A stretch of DNA of 64,000 nt from Vermamoeba vermiformis (Eukaryota). A program made the translations under genes and the position numbers. Location of the stretch: positions 434,001 to 498,000 of the forward strand of contig JBEWZL010000239.1 of NCBI GenBank assembly GCA_045837725.1, in the 5' to 3' direction. Every line of letters starts with the position of its first letter. The first letter of the stretch is position 1. Below, one piece after another: positions 51,039 through 63,906 of the stretch. Under the pieces are notes generated by a model. It was not told the origin of the DNA, did not search any database, and saw only the letters and a program-made list of their open reading frames with translations.

Positions 51039-54000
51039 ATGTTTAATTTGCGCCTATTACAAGAGATTCGTGGTCAAATCCCACTCCCAAAGGGTCAATC
51101 CCTCACGCACTTCGTCTCAGATTCAGAAACTGGACGAATTTATTGCTTAACAAGCAAATATGAAGTTATTGCATACGACCCATTAAAGAATACGGTAAGT
51201 AATGATTGATAATTTAATTTTGAGATCGGGTTATAAAATATACAGACAGTCTAAATTACTTTAATTAAACTAGAATAAATATAACTAATCTCTAAAAATT
51301 ATTATATAAATTATTGGCGCAAACGAAGACTAGATCGCCCTTTTGAGTTTCTGCTATTTTTCTCAACACGAATTATTATCGACCCAACTAATAAATTAAT
51401 TTTATTAATAATATGTAATTGGTTGTTTATTTTACTTTAATTGACTCTAATTTATAATTTTTTTGCACAGATCCCGTTTACATATTCAGTCAAATCGTTG
51501 ATTAAAGACGAGCCCAATGTCGTTGCATTTGCCTATGTACCTGATACACAGTCCGTATGTCTTGCAACTCGCGATGGTGATATCATTACTGTCGAAGTCG
51601 AGACTGGCAAGGTAAGTCTGCACGATCGGATCGAACTCTACAGGCGTAGAAATTAACGCAATATTTGCTTTAGATGGAATGCGTTGGTAGCATTGACACT
51701 GGCATCACGGCCATGTCGTGGAGTCCTGACTGTGAGATTGTTATCTTTACTACCGGTGAAGGCAATTTGTTGCTGATGACGCAAGATTGGGAGGTCATTA
51801 CTGAAGTGTCGCTCGTGCCTGACAACGAGGACAACAAAATTAAGTTAGACGCGACAGTCTTGCCTCGTGTTACTTGGCGTGGCGACGGAAATTTCTTTGC
51901 TATCAGCACCAACGAGAACGGAAAGATCAAACATCGCGTGTGGGAGCGATCGTGCCAAGTCAACTCTAACAGCGAGGCCATCAAGGATCAGTCATCTATT
52001 TTGGCATGGAAGTACGTATTATGATAATAGGACTCGGCCTTAATTAAAATATGTCGATAGAGCTAATAACTAATTTGATGTTTTGAATAGGCCATCAGGA
52101 GAACTCATTGCCTCCGTGCAAGTTCACCCGACTAAAAAAGATATTATTTTCTTCGAACGAAACGGCCTTCGCCACGGTGAATTCACATTGAAAGACAATC
52201 ACGATGTGATAGATGTCCAATGGAACGCTGATTCTGACACCCTCGCTATTCTGATGTTCGACAAAGAGAAGAATTCGTCTGTGGTTCAATTGTGGACTGC
52301 TAAGAACTATTACTGGTACTTGAAACAAGAATACATTTATCAAACCCGCGTGGCTGACATCAAATGGGACGCTGAGCGTGGTCTCGTGTTACACGTCACA
52401 ACTGTTGGTAAGTCTAACATAACCATATCAGGCATATTACCTTTTTTGGTCATTAGCTGATGACTTCGGCATTTGTCTTACTGTTTGAGTGACGACAAAA
52501 AACGAGCTACCTTAAACTAATCACTGAAAATAATGACCAATATTTTTTAATATCAATATTTTATTTCGTTATTTCCCTATTCTAACGGTGCTTATTAGAG
52601 GGTCACTATCACATGTACAAATTAATCCGTGAAGTTGATCGCCATGACGGTGTTTTCCCACAAAACGAAAATTACGTCGCAGTGATTGACGGCGCCAATG
52701 TTTATTTGACACCTATGCGACGTGTCACCACACCTCCGCCTCAATATTCCTCCAAGATTACTGTCACTGACGGCAAGGTCAACGCGGTTGCTTTCTGTCA
52801 CGGCAGCAATGATTTGTTGGTTTTAACTTCACACAACGTGTTGCACGGATACAAACTGAATGATTTCAACGACTTTGTGCTCGGTCAACGCGATGCCAAT
52901 AACAGACCAATCCCGCCCGTGTACTCCAAGCCTCACACTCACTTGGGCTCAATGAGGTACGGTTACTCTATTATTTAATGATTCAGCAATATTGAATCGT
53001 GAATCTAGCCTTGACCCTGGCATGGCTTTGCGTCAAATCGCATGGTTAAATGCTGACACGTGGGCTGGTCTCGAGGCCAATTTGAGTCCCGCACCGTGCT
53101 CAGTGGTGTGCGGCAATGTTGACTGGGGTGTCTCTAGCCCTCCCAACAACGTTGAACTTCCCTCACGTGGTCTCAGATTCATCGCCCCTCAGCGCCCTGG
53201 CCTCACTCCTGCTGTTGAGTGCGAAGACGGCAACGTGTTCAAGTTCGAGTCGAGTAAGTGACACGTGTCACATTTGACACTTGCACCTTTGCTAACAGTT
53301 GTTTTCTAGCACACTTTTCGGCAGAAGACTTTGGCATGGCGCACATTCCCACCGTCAAGTTCCCTACAGCCTGTGCGTGGGTCAGCTCAGCCATCATGGG
53401 CGGCGAAGAAGTTTTCATTGGTCTTAGTGAGCGAAACAAGCTTTATGTCAACACCGTCACTGTCTCCAGCGAGTGCAATTCATTCGCCCTTCACAGCAAC
53501 TACGTCTTGTTCACCACTTTGAGTCACGTGCTTCGCTTCATGAACCTTCAGCGCACGGTCCAAGGTAAGTCTAATGTCGTTGTAGGTGATATCCTAATAT
53601 CTCGTAGAAAACGTGGCTGTATTTGGCATTACCCGCCAGTACGATGATTCCCTGCGCGAGGTTGAGAACGGCGCTCAAATCGTCAGTGTCGTTCCTTTGG
53701 GCACTAAAGTTACTTTGCAAATGCCTCGTGGCAACTTGGAAGCCATTGAGCCACGTGCTTTGATGGTGTATTACATTCGTCAGTTGTTGGCGGATTACCA
53801 GTACGGCCAAGCTTTCACCATGATGCGCCGTCACCGCATTGATTTGAACTTTTTCTACGACAACAATCCTCGTGTCTTCTTGGACCATTTGAAGGACTTT
53901 GTGGAACAAGTGGACAACGTCGAGTACCTCAACTTATTCATCTCAGCCTTGCGCGACGAAGATGTCACCAAGACCATTTTCATTGACCCGTGGTTCAAGC

Positions 54001-56037
54001 CTGAGCAAGCCTCGGCCCCTGCACTAGCCGTGGCCCCTGCTGCCCCTGCAGTCGCTACCACTGTTGCTGGAATCACTGGCCCAATCCCTGCTGCTTCACA
54101 GATCCGATTGCCGCAACTGTCAGCTGAACCACCACAGAACAAGATCAATTTGATTTGCAACGCGTTGCGAGATGTGTTCCAAACACTCAACCCGAACAAG
54201 TACTTGTTGCCTATTTTGACCACTTACGTCACCAAGAACCCTCAAGAAATTGAAGCGGCGCTCAAGTTGGTCCAAGGCTTGAAGAGTACGTTATAGCAAT
54301 AATAGTTATTTTACAGTATTGACGATGAGCAGATGCTGGAAATGAAGGCAACTCCGATGCATTGACAGCTGAAAAGGCCTTGAAGTATTTGATCTTTTTG
54401 GTCGACGTGAACAAGTTGTACGACATTGCCCTCGGCATGTACGACTTTGACTTGGTGATGATGGTCGCGCAAAAGTCACAGAAGGATCCTAAAGAATATA
54501 TCCCGTTCTTGACCAAGCTCAAGAGCCAGGAAGTCAACTACCAGCGCTACAACATTGACATGACACTGGGTCGTTATGACAAGGCCTTGGGACACTTGAG
54601 CAAGGCTGGTCCTGACTACTTCAACGAGTGCGTGGAGTTGATGAAGAAATACAAATTGTACAGCAAGGCCCTTGATATCTTCAGCGACAACTCTACCAAC
54701 AACGACAACCCTCAAATGAAAGTTATTATGGACGCTTATGGCGAGAACTTGTTCGAAGAACGAAAGCTCGAAGAAGCCGCTAACAGTACGTAATTGCAAT
54801 AAGGCTCGTTGTTAGTGAAAAATATTTAATGTTTCGTGTGACAGTTTGGGCTAGCAACAAGAACTGGCAGCGTGCACTTGACGCCTACAAAGATATTCCT
54901 GATTGGCGCAATGCCCTCGTGATGGCCAAGCGACTTCAAAAGACAGCTGAAGAGATCACCGCACTGCTCAAAGACATTGCGTACAAGTACACTGAGGTCT
55001 ACAAATGGGACGACGCTGCCATTCTGTACGAGAAAGTCGGTGCTATTGAAGACGCTGTTAACTCTTACGTCTCTGGCCACTCTTGGGAAGACGCCGTGCG
55101 CTTGGTAAGTCTGACACTTTGACATCTTGACACGTGTCAAACTAAGATCTAACCCATCAATTAACAGAGCGTTCTTGACGATCACGAAGAGTGGATTGAA
55201 GAGAAGGTCAAGCCTGCTTTGTTGTTGACAGCTGAACGATTGAAGGAAGGTCTTGAGAAGTCCTTGAAAAAGATCACAAAGCGCTACAACAGATTGATCG
55301 AGCTCCGATACGAAAAGATGACTCAGCCTCGCGTTGAAGAAGATCCGACCAACCTTGAAGAGAGCATGTCTGTCTACTCGTCTGAAGCCTCTAGCATGGC
55401 CTCGGGCTACTCTTCCATTTCATCAACCTCTAGCCGTCTGTCTACAACCTCGTCTCAAATGTCACGCGGATCCAAGTACGTCATCCCCAAACCCTTTTAT
55501 TATTGCTCGTACTAACGATTAGTATGTGTAGCCGAAGCAACAGATCCAAGAACAGTGCGCGCAAACAGAACAAGAAGGCTGCCCGTAAGAAAGTCAGCGG
55601 TCGTCGTGGCACACCTCACGAAGAAGAATACATTTTGCAACGCATTGGCGAACTGTTCCCGACCGAGAAGTTCCAAAGTACGTGCCACTGTCTCTATATA
55701 TTCCTGTTTTTACCTCAATACTAATTCTTGTAACCCCACAGAGGAGGTCGCTAACACCTTGAAGAACTTGGTCACATTCGGCTACAGAACTGAAGCCAAG
55801 GCCTTGCAACAGGCCATGACAACGTTTTTGACAGCTGTCCAGGCCACGCTGCCCCTGTTGAACACTCCGAGTCCCAAGACTCCGACGCAGTTGCACGAAG
55901 AAGAAGAGAAACTCGCACAACAGCTCCGCGAAGGCAAATTGACGACTGAAGCGCAATTGATCAATAAGTTGATTGCTCCTGTGAATATTCCCAAGTTTAA
56001 TGTTGAAAAAGTTGATTGGCGCGTTGATTACATTTAA
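51039..56037 (+). CDS. ELP1: Elongator complex protein 1
   Basis: [55 protein letters not shown]; basic C-terminal region. Confidence 0.97.
52446..52540 (+). ncRNA. Intronic box C/D snoRNA, SNORD15/snR13-like
   Basis: Perfect 10-bp stem TTGGTCATTA/TAATGACCAA; TGATGA at 52458-52463; CTGA at 52524-52527. GGCATTTG and GCTACCTTAA are complementary to adjacent parts of LSU UUAAGGUAGCCAAAUGCC. Confidence 0.85.
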
Positions 56038-56134
56038 ACGTTCACAATAAAGCCCAATTACTGATATCACCATGGCCTGTCTCAAAAAATCGCCTCTTGA
56101 TCGATGGATATTTATTGCATCTGTATTTACGCGC

Positions 56135-58979
56135 TTATTTGTTGAATATCGAGTCAATCTTGTTATCAAGTTCGCTAATCTTTTTGACTGAAGCTTTCAA
56201 CTTCTCTTCAGCAACTTTGAGCTTTTGTTGTTCTTTAGATACGAATTGTGTGTAAGGTGCCAAGTTGTCTTGAATTCTGCGCACTCCTCGGTCCAAATCT
56301 GAACTGAAATGTGTTTGCAAAGTTTCGCGCATTCTCTTGCGCAGATTTTCAATCTCTTCGCGGAATTTTTTCTGTAGTATAACATAATTAGTTGATGACG
56401 CGAATATACTACGAAAAAAAGGTAAAAAAGCCAGATCAGAATAGGTACGAGGCATGTACAAATCATCAACAAGCAGCAAACCAACGCCGCTTATGATAAA
56501 GAGTTCTCATCATGCAAAAGACTAATGTCGTCCTTAATATCAATCACGGTACGCGTACCTTCAAGCTAGTTCGTTTGTACGGCAGAATGGCCAAACCAGT
56601 CGCAGCGATGGCACCAGCACCAACAATGCCTGTAATGTCCAACAAAGCCCAAGAAGTGAGAGCACCCTAAACAAAAAGATGGTAAGCGGCTTAATACCAG
56701 GGAGGGAAGTAAAAAAATAAAAAAAGAATTTGCGTGCACCGGGAGTCGAACCCGGGGCCTTGGCTTGGGAAGCCAAGATGTTACCGTTACACCATGCACG
56801 CGTGCGAATCATCGGTTTTGGGATCCTGCGTGACCAGGACCGATACGATTAGAGTAAAAAGTAGATTGTAAATAACCTGTGAAGCCTGGTAGCTCATTGT
56901 CAAAAAGTAACCTACAAGGCCGACGGCGCCGAGTTCCATGGCAGCTGTTTGATACACGGCTGCGGCCACTTGAGCTGTCAACTTCTTGACTTGCTTTTCT
57001 TTATCGAAGTCTTCGACGACACGCTTCGAGCCTTGGCCCATGCCTACTCGTGTATTAGTATGACTATTGAAGTGTGGGTGGCATTGCTATTACCTTGCAA
57101 CAAAGCAGATCTGTCGTAGTGGAATTGCGTGTTGATCTTGCCGACAACTTTGTCCGAGTCAAGTTGTTGCAGCTTATGAGTCACATGCTCCATAATGCGG
57201 CTCCAGAACTTGCCGTGTCGCTCCAAGTTCCAATCGATCAAATCTGAGACGTATTTCTCGACTTCAGAGCTGTCATGCGGTTAGTTTACACGTGCCTTTA
57301 GTAACCAATTGCGAGCTTACCTGAAGTTACCAACGACTTCCTTTTCAAATTCTCGCTTCACTTCATCGCCTCTCATCAAAGAGAAGATTCGTGTGATGCC
57401 AATCTTTTCGTCGAACCAAGCCTCGCCTCGTTCAGACATGCGCAACAGGACGTTATCAACGTGTTCTTGGTGGTACTTGAAATCGTAGTTCATGTCTTTC
57501 TTGAAGTCAGTCACGGTCTCTTCAATGTTCTTCAAGGTCTCCACGTCGCCTTCAATGGTCGCCACACGTGCTGCAACATCAGCGTTGTATCGCTTGACAA
57601 TGTAAGTCGCAACACCGAGCGGGTTCTTCAATTTCAAAATGGTTCTCTTCTCGGGGTCGAGAGTGTTCAAAATGTATGATTCAAGATCGCCAAATCGAGA
57701 AATTTGCCACATAGGATTTTCAGCCAACTTCTTGATACGTTCCTGTTTGACACGTGTCAGAACATTATGACATCTTAAGATTTACTTACATTAGCGTCCT
57801 TAATGTCAGCAGTGGCCTTCTTAGCACGAAGCGCCATCTTGCCGCTGACGGGGAAAATTTCTGGCTCAAAGTCAAAGAGCTGGCGTGACTGTTCGCGAAC
57901 AAAGTTTTTGACCTCTTCAAGTTGAGACTCTTCTTCGAACAAATCGATTTTTGAGAGCACAATAATCAACTTCTTCTTATACTCTTTGACTTTTTCCATA
58001 AACTGTCGTTCACTCTCGGTGAAAGCACGATCGGAACTGGTGACAAACAAGACCAAGTCTGATCGAGGCACAAAATGCTGTGTAATTTCTTGATGGCCCT
58101 TGACGACAGCGTTGGTGCCCGGAGTATCTACAAGACTGATTTGTTTGAGCCAGTCTACTGGGACATTGACAAAAACTTTGTCTTCGCCGTCCTCATCTTG
58201 GTACTTCTCGTTCACTTTGAAGGACTCGCCGTATCGCAGAATATTGATCTTAGATGTTGTAGGTGTCACGCCCTCTTGCAACCACTTGTTGCCGAGCAAA
58301 GCATTCAAAAACGAACTGAGCAAATGTTAGCGATTTGATGACGTCAACAAGGTACGTCAAATTTTTTTGTAATTGAACGAACCTTTTGCCGCTGTTGAAT
58401 TCACCGACTACGACGAGTAAAAATAAATCTTCTAATTGAATAATGCTTCGTTTGACAGTTTCAATGTCTTCTTTGGTCGCGCCAATTTCTTTGAGTGTAA
58501 TGACCAAGTCAGTCAGAAAATCTTTTTCTTCGCGGAGAACTGCTTCTTGCTTAGGCGTTAATGATTGCTTTCCTAATATGTTTTGGTCGGCTGGGACCTA
58601 CGATATTAAAGTCAGATATTTAGTCATGAAAATTTTTTGAAATTCATTTTCCTTTCAAAAAAATCTTAATGAGGAAAACTACTATAAGTAGGGTGCGTTA
58701 TATTTATGATCCTATTTATTTGTTATAAATAAATTATTTCGAAAATTATTGCGCATTAATGAAACTCACTTGATCTGCATAGCTTCTCTGGGCATTAAAA
58801 GCCTTTACTGAGTTCAATGATGTGATATTCGTAACCTTTTGGACCTTATTACGCGAGTTTAACGCAGTTGTAATAGGTCTGGTTTGTTCTCTGAACATAG
58901 AACCTGGATGTCGCTTCTGCAATCCAGAGGTCCATCTGTTTGCAGATCGCAACGATGATCGTAGCAAAGAGGTAGCCAT
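56135..58979 (-). CDS. FZL/bacterial dynamin-like GTPase with a predicted mitochondrial presequence
   Basis: G1 VGEFNSGKS, G2 GVTPTT, G3 DTPG, G4 SKID; FVPRSDLVLFV; two hydrophobic segments and a C-terminal coiled coil; N-terminus MATSLLRSSLRSANRW. Confidence 0.88.
56430..56518 (-). ncRNA. Intronic box C/D snoRNA candidate, target not recognised
   Basis: ATGATGA (56513-56507), internal hairpin TAAGCGGC/GCTGCTTG, C' TGATGA, D CTGA (56439-56436), inside a ~188-nt intron. Confidence 0.7.
56731..56801 (-). tRNA. tRNA-Gly(CCC), intron-nested
   Basis: GCGTGCA/TGCACGC acceptor stem, TTGGC-TTCCCAA-GCCAA anticodon arm, GGTTCGACTCC T arm, downstream oligo-T. Confidence 0.97.
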
Positions 58980-59235
58980 GATCGAGGTATGCTTGTATAG
59001 TTGATTAATAATTAAAACTAAAGAAACTGAAATTGGTTTTCACGGGCAGAATGGTGAATTTCCAAACAGAGCTCTTTTCGCAAATTTTTAGTAGTTTTAT
59101 TGTTCACTTACATAGAGACAGAGCAAGGTGCTTCTGTTATTTTAGAGAAGCATATTATATAGCCCTCATAACTTGCTTTGAAGCAAAGATCACTCATTCA
59201 ATTTACGTAAAATAATAATTAGTTTCATTTGCATA

Positions 59236-60830
59236 ATGGCGGACAATAATGCTGTTATAACTATGGATTCTAATCAGAATATTATGAGCCACAAAAGTTA
59301 TATTGACCCAACGCTAGGTAATTATTATTCTTTATTCTTCAATTTTCGATCTCAACTTTATTTCGCTTATTTATCCTTGGTATTCTTATGGAATTTTAGA
59401 TACTCGAATTAACGATTATTATTATAGGATCATTTATTTATATCGATGAATCAGCCGAAAATATTCAGCAGATCCCACCACACGAATTAAAGACAGTAGC
59501 AAATTCTTCCCAGCCCATTCTGATTATTCCAGACTATCAATTCCACGATATCAAAACTCAGAATGTAGATATTAAGCATAATATTCAAGTTAACACGACG
59601 GGAACAAGCGCAAAACAACCCGATCAAATGCCAAATCCGTTAGAAAACTCGGTTGTAGAAGAATTAACCGCTCGCTTTATGTCGCTTTCTGCAAGACCTC
59701 TTAGTGCCGTTAAGAAATCATCGCCTATCGCCATATTATACGCAGTTGATGACAACTCTCTGGAGCTCTCAAAGACCGTAAGAATTAAATCTGAATGTCA
59801 CGTAGGTAACATTAATACTGATTGATTTGACGTGTTAGGTGAATTCCATCGACGAGCTCGCTAGAATTGATACGATCAAAGATATTTACGAGGCGTTGAA
59901 AAGACGATTTTCAAATTTGGATCAGCTAATTGAGCAGGCTAAACTCGCGGTGACTTTGATCGATGAATGGGAAAAGAAATATCAGTCCTCCGCGTCATCA
60001 CAATCTAGCTCACAGTCCCGAAGCAATAGCACCACTGAGAGTCAAAAGAGCAATGCTGAAGTGTCAAATGTTCCGCAGCAACAACAGCCCGTGGAAGCTA
60101 AACCGGATGTGCCTGTCCAAAACAACGTCATTGAGCCCTTTGATATCGTCATTAAGAACGATGTCGTAGAGCTTGATGAGCCTATTGCCGAGCCTCAGAT
60201 CGTCACTAAAGAAGAGCCCAAGCCTGCGCCAGTGGAAGAAGCTCCTACCTCCGCATCTGTCAAAGAATATCCCATTGAGTATGCAATTCAATACAAACCC
60301 TATTGCCTTATCATTATTAATGTCTTTGCTATAATAGAGCCGTGCTTGGCATTGATTCGCAATCATTAATGTATTTGCAAGCCCACGCTTACATCACAAC
60401 GGCAAACGAATTGGCACAATTCTCTGACGATTATCCGGGCATGTATTTGATCATCTTGGAGACAGGCATGATCAAGCACTTGGACCTATATATTGCAAAT
60501 GCCAAGGCACTCATCAAAGGTGAAAAACAACCGCACGATCTGTTGCTACCCGAGGTCAAGATCTTGGTCAAGCCAAATGTCGCGGTTGAGACATTAGGAC
60601 TCGATGCATATGTAGATATTCTTCAGAACGTCAACGAGTACGAATTGCACGTGCTACGAAATTCAGACGAGTACGTGGTGATGACAGTTGAAGATCTCAC
60701 GACCCTGGACACGCACACTGCTGATTATAACCGAGTTAAGCAAGAGGTCCACGGCATTGACGCGCTGATTAAAAATGCCAAGACAGTGCTGCATTATTTG
60801 AAGAACAGAGATAGAGCTTCTCAAAAGTAA
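59236..60830 (+). CDS. Hypothetical protein, multi-exon
   Basis: Protein-like exons joined by GT-AG introns, with a coiled-coil-like segment and a Pro/Glu-rich linker. No family recognised. Confidence 0.6.
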
Positions 60831-60928
60831 GAGAGGATCTGCTTTGGAGCCAAAAATTCGTGTTGTAAATTTGTTTGATAAATCTGTCTAGTTTTCTGTT
60901 AAGTAGACCATGAGGCTTTATTGATTTG

Positions 60929-62102
60929 ATGGCCGCAATAATTGAAGCGATTAGAGGTGCAATCACAAAGGATCTGAGCCGATCACTAAAAAAGTCGGCA
61001 GAACAATTCGTTAAAGGTAAAAATATTATATTGATGGCATAAAAATACCGCAACAGCAATCGTTATTATAAATTAAATTGTTCGATTGACAGATCTGTTT
61101 CTCGTCACGATCAGCGTTCGTACTGCTTTCTTGATCGATTATTCGTCGATAGAAATTTCAAAATTGCGAATATTTATATCATCACTCGGAAAGGTAAATC
61201 AGCATATCGGCTTAACAGATCTCACGCGCTGTCTAACTTTACACGTCTCGTAGGAGTTCGCACACTTAGCCGCTATAGAAATAGATGATTTTGTATTTAT
61301 TGTAAATAAGAATACCTTCGACCGACAGTTTGAAAGCGATAGAAACTCCAACTTTGCAAGCTCCATCTTCGTTGACATTGATAAAACTAGGCCTGCACAA
61401 GTATAGCACGCTTTCGGAATCAATTCATATTCGATTCTTATATACTCCTTGTAGGCTGCTGACGAAGAGTTACGAAACACAGTTTGCACGGCGCTTACTA
61501 AGCATTTGCACACGATCCAAAGTACCCTACAGAAAAATCTCGCCAAACCGACTCTCAACCTTGATTGTGGTAATATTATACGTGCTACATATTATTTATA
61601 GTATGTTATTGACATATCATCCACTAGGCATATTTATCATTACCATCTCAGGCTGGCTATTGGAATATAGTTGCGTGTACTTCCACGGTGGTCTCTATCG
61701 CAATAACAAAGCAGAGGACTGGGGCAACAATCTATCAATGGTACCTCTGAGTCTCTATACTGTATATATAGAATCGACTGGCATTGACATAGCACACGCC
61801 TCCCAGAGGTAAGAATAATAATAATGGTCACCTTGAAAATCTAAGTGTTCGCTCGTCATCGCCCCATTCTAATGTCAGGACATAGCGATGGAAGTAAGCT
61901 GATTGGTGTATCCGCTAATCAGAGTAGGGTGCCTGTGCTGTCATTTTCTGTGCCAGAAAGTGTCGAAGAAGCGTTGAAGGACAAGTTCTCGATTGAGCAA
62001 GTGCTACAAGAACGATACTCCTCGCGAATACGTGATATATCGTGCTTGACTGCCGTTAGTGTGACGAAGCAACAAGTTACATTGCCGCACGTGTTGTTGT
62101 AA
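60929..62102 (+). CDS. C1orf74/DUF4504-like protein
   Basis: VRTAFLIDY, SGWLLEYSCVY, NNLSMVPL and LSFSVPES resemble my recollection of that family. Confidence 0.65.
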
Positions 62103-62142
62103 ATTGATAAAATTATGTACATTTACTTGACCTAGTAATACA

Positions 62143-62605
62143 TTATTTCTTCTTCTTATTCTTCTGGGTGTTAGAAGAAGGTGTTGGTGATTGAGGCGTT
62201 TGCTCGGTAGTAGTTTGAATAGGGAGCCAAGGTAAAGGGTTCTTTCTGAACATCGGCCAAGCGGGCACGCAGATCTGAACACGTCACCAAGTAAAATTAA
62301 TCAACAGTGCCCCAAAATATTTTTAAAATTAAACATGGTATCTCACCAGTCCTGCCAACAATGTACCAGCACCAATAATCATAACGGTGACTTGGAAGCT
62401 CTTCAATACAAATCCAACGATGAAGCCAATGACCTTAGCAGAATATAAGCAACGATCTTCAATCAATAATAATATTGTAAATTATTACCCCAAAGACGGT
62501 CACAATGATGTGAAAATACTTCTCAGCGAGCTTTTGTCCTTCAAAATCCTAGATGGAGTTAGATTTTTTCGATCATTTCCATACTTCGATATCTCGACTT
62601 ACCAT
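62143..62605 (-). CDS. SPCS1: Signal peptidase complex subunit 1 (SPC12)
   Basis: Spliced M|DFEGQKLAEKYFHIIVTVFG|VIGFIVGF...|ICVPAWPMFRKNPLPW...KKKK*. Absent from the ORF track. Confidence 0.93.
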
Positions 62606-62742
62606 GGTATCCAAGACACGAACAAACAGTACTGCCTAAGCCCGGGTAACGCACAGATAATGTTTTTCGCTTCTCCGCAAAAATCCTTCGGAAAATAATC
62701 AGGCCAAATTTCCGTAATTTTTTTTAACCCTTAGTTTTGTCG

Positions 62743-62771
62743 CTTTCCTTTCTCTCGTTCTCTTTGTTTCC
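62743..62771 (+). promoter_or_regulatory. Pyrimidine tract upstream of RPS13 (TOP/TCT-like)
   Basis: CTTTCCTTTCTCTCGTTCTCTTTGTTTCC lies ~40 nt before the ATG of a ribosomal protein gene. Confidence 0.4.
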
Positions 62772-62809
62772 ATCACCAAACAAGTACTATATAACAAAAG
62801 CGTGCCAAA

Positions 62810-63684
62810 ATGGGTCGTATGCACACTCCTGGGTATGTATTGGTTAGCTCTATGTTAGCCGACCATATCCCATAAAAATCAGCCAATCGAGTTTGATTGC
62901 TGATTCCCTCATCTATTATATTTTTTATTGCAACCGTACGGTAAAATTTAAATCAAATCAAATTATTAGATTGCATTTCGACTATTAACAAATAATTTGT
63001 AATAGATATAATTGACTCAAGATTCGAAAAATATTATTGAACAATAATTTTTCTTTTACGACGTCGTTCGATTGCTTACATGTTTTATATCACAGTAAGG
63101 GTATCTCCCAAAGTGCCCTCCCCTACAAGCGAACTCCCCCCAGCTGGTTGAAGATCACCCCTGAGGAGGTTAACGAGCACGTTTGCAAGTTGGCCAAGAA
63201 GGGTTTGACTCCTTCTCAAATTGGTGTTATCTTGAGAGATTCCCACGGTATTGGTCAAGTCAAATACGTCACTGGCTCCAAGATTATGCGTATTTTGAAG
63301 GCCAACAGTAAGTGTTGATCGAATCCTCAAAATTATTATTTTAGAAAATTATTTGTATTATTTTAAATTAATTATCGCGGTGCTAATACGATACCGTAGG
63401 CCTTGCCCCTGAGATCCCCGAAGATCTCTACTGCTTGATCAAGAAGGCCGTCTCTGTCCGAAAGCACTTGGAGAAGTTCCGCAAGGACTCCGATGCCAAG
63501 TTCAGACTCATTTTGATCGAGTCCAGAATCCACCGTCTTGCCAGATACTACAAGAAGGTCAAGGCTCTTCCTCCCACCTGGAAATAGTAAGTTGCTTGAT
63601 CGCGATCCAGATCGTCAAGACATAATGTCTAACTCTTATTTTCTCTTCAGCGAATCTTCCACTGCTTCAACCCTCGTTGCTTAA
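62810..63684 (+). CDS. RPS13: 40S ribosomal protein S13 (uS15)
   Basis: [18 protein letters not shown]...[16 protein letters not shown]...[10 protein letters not shown]...[16 protein letters not shown]; 4 exons. Confidence 0.98.
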
Positions 63685-63906
63685 AAAAGATGTTGAAACA
63701 AAAAAAACAATTATAAATAAAAAAGGCTACGCTTTTGTCCATGTACATCTACATCCGTTCTGTGTCATGACTCGTTATTTTATATGCAACTTAACGTACT
63801 ACCCACACTACTGTGTTACATTGCCATAGTAGTGATATGATTAGCCAAAACGTTCTGGCTTGCGTTCGACTAACAAATTTTTATTCAAGTGTTATCCGGA
63901 TCTAAA

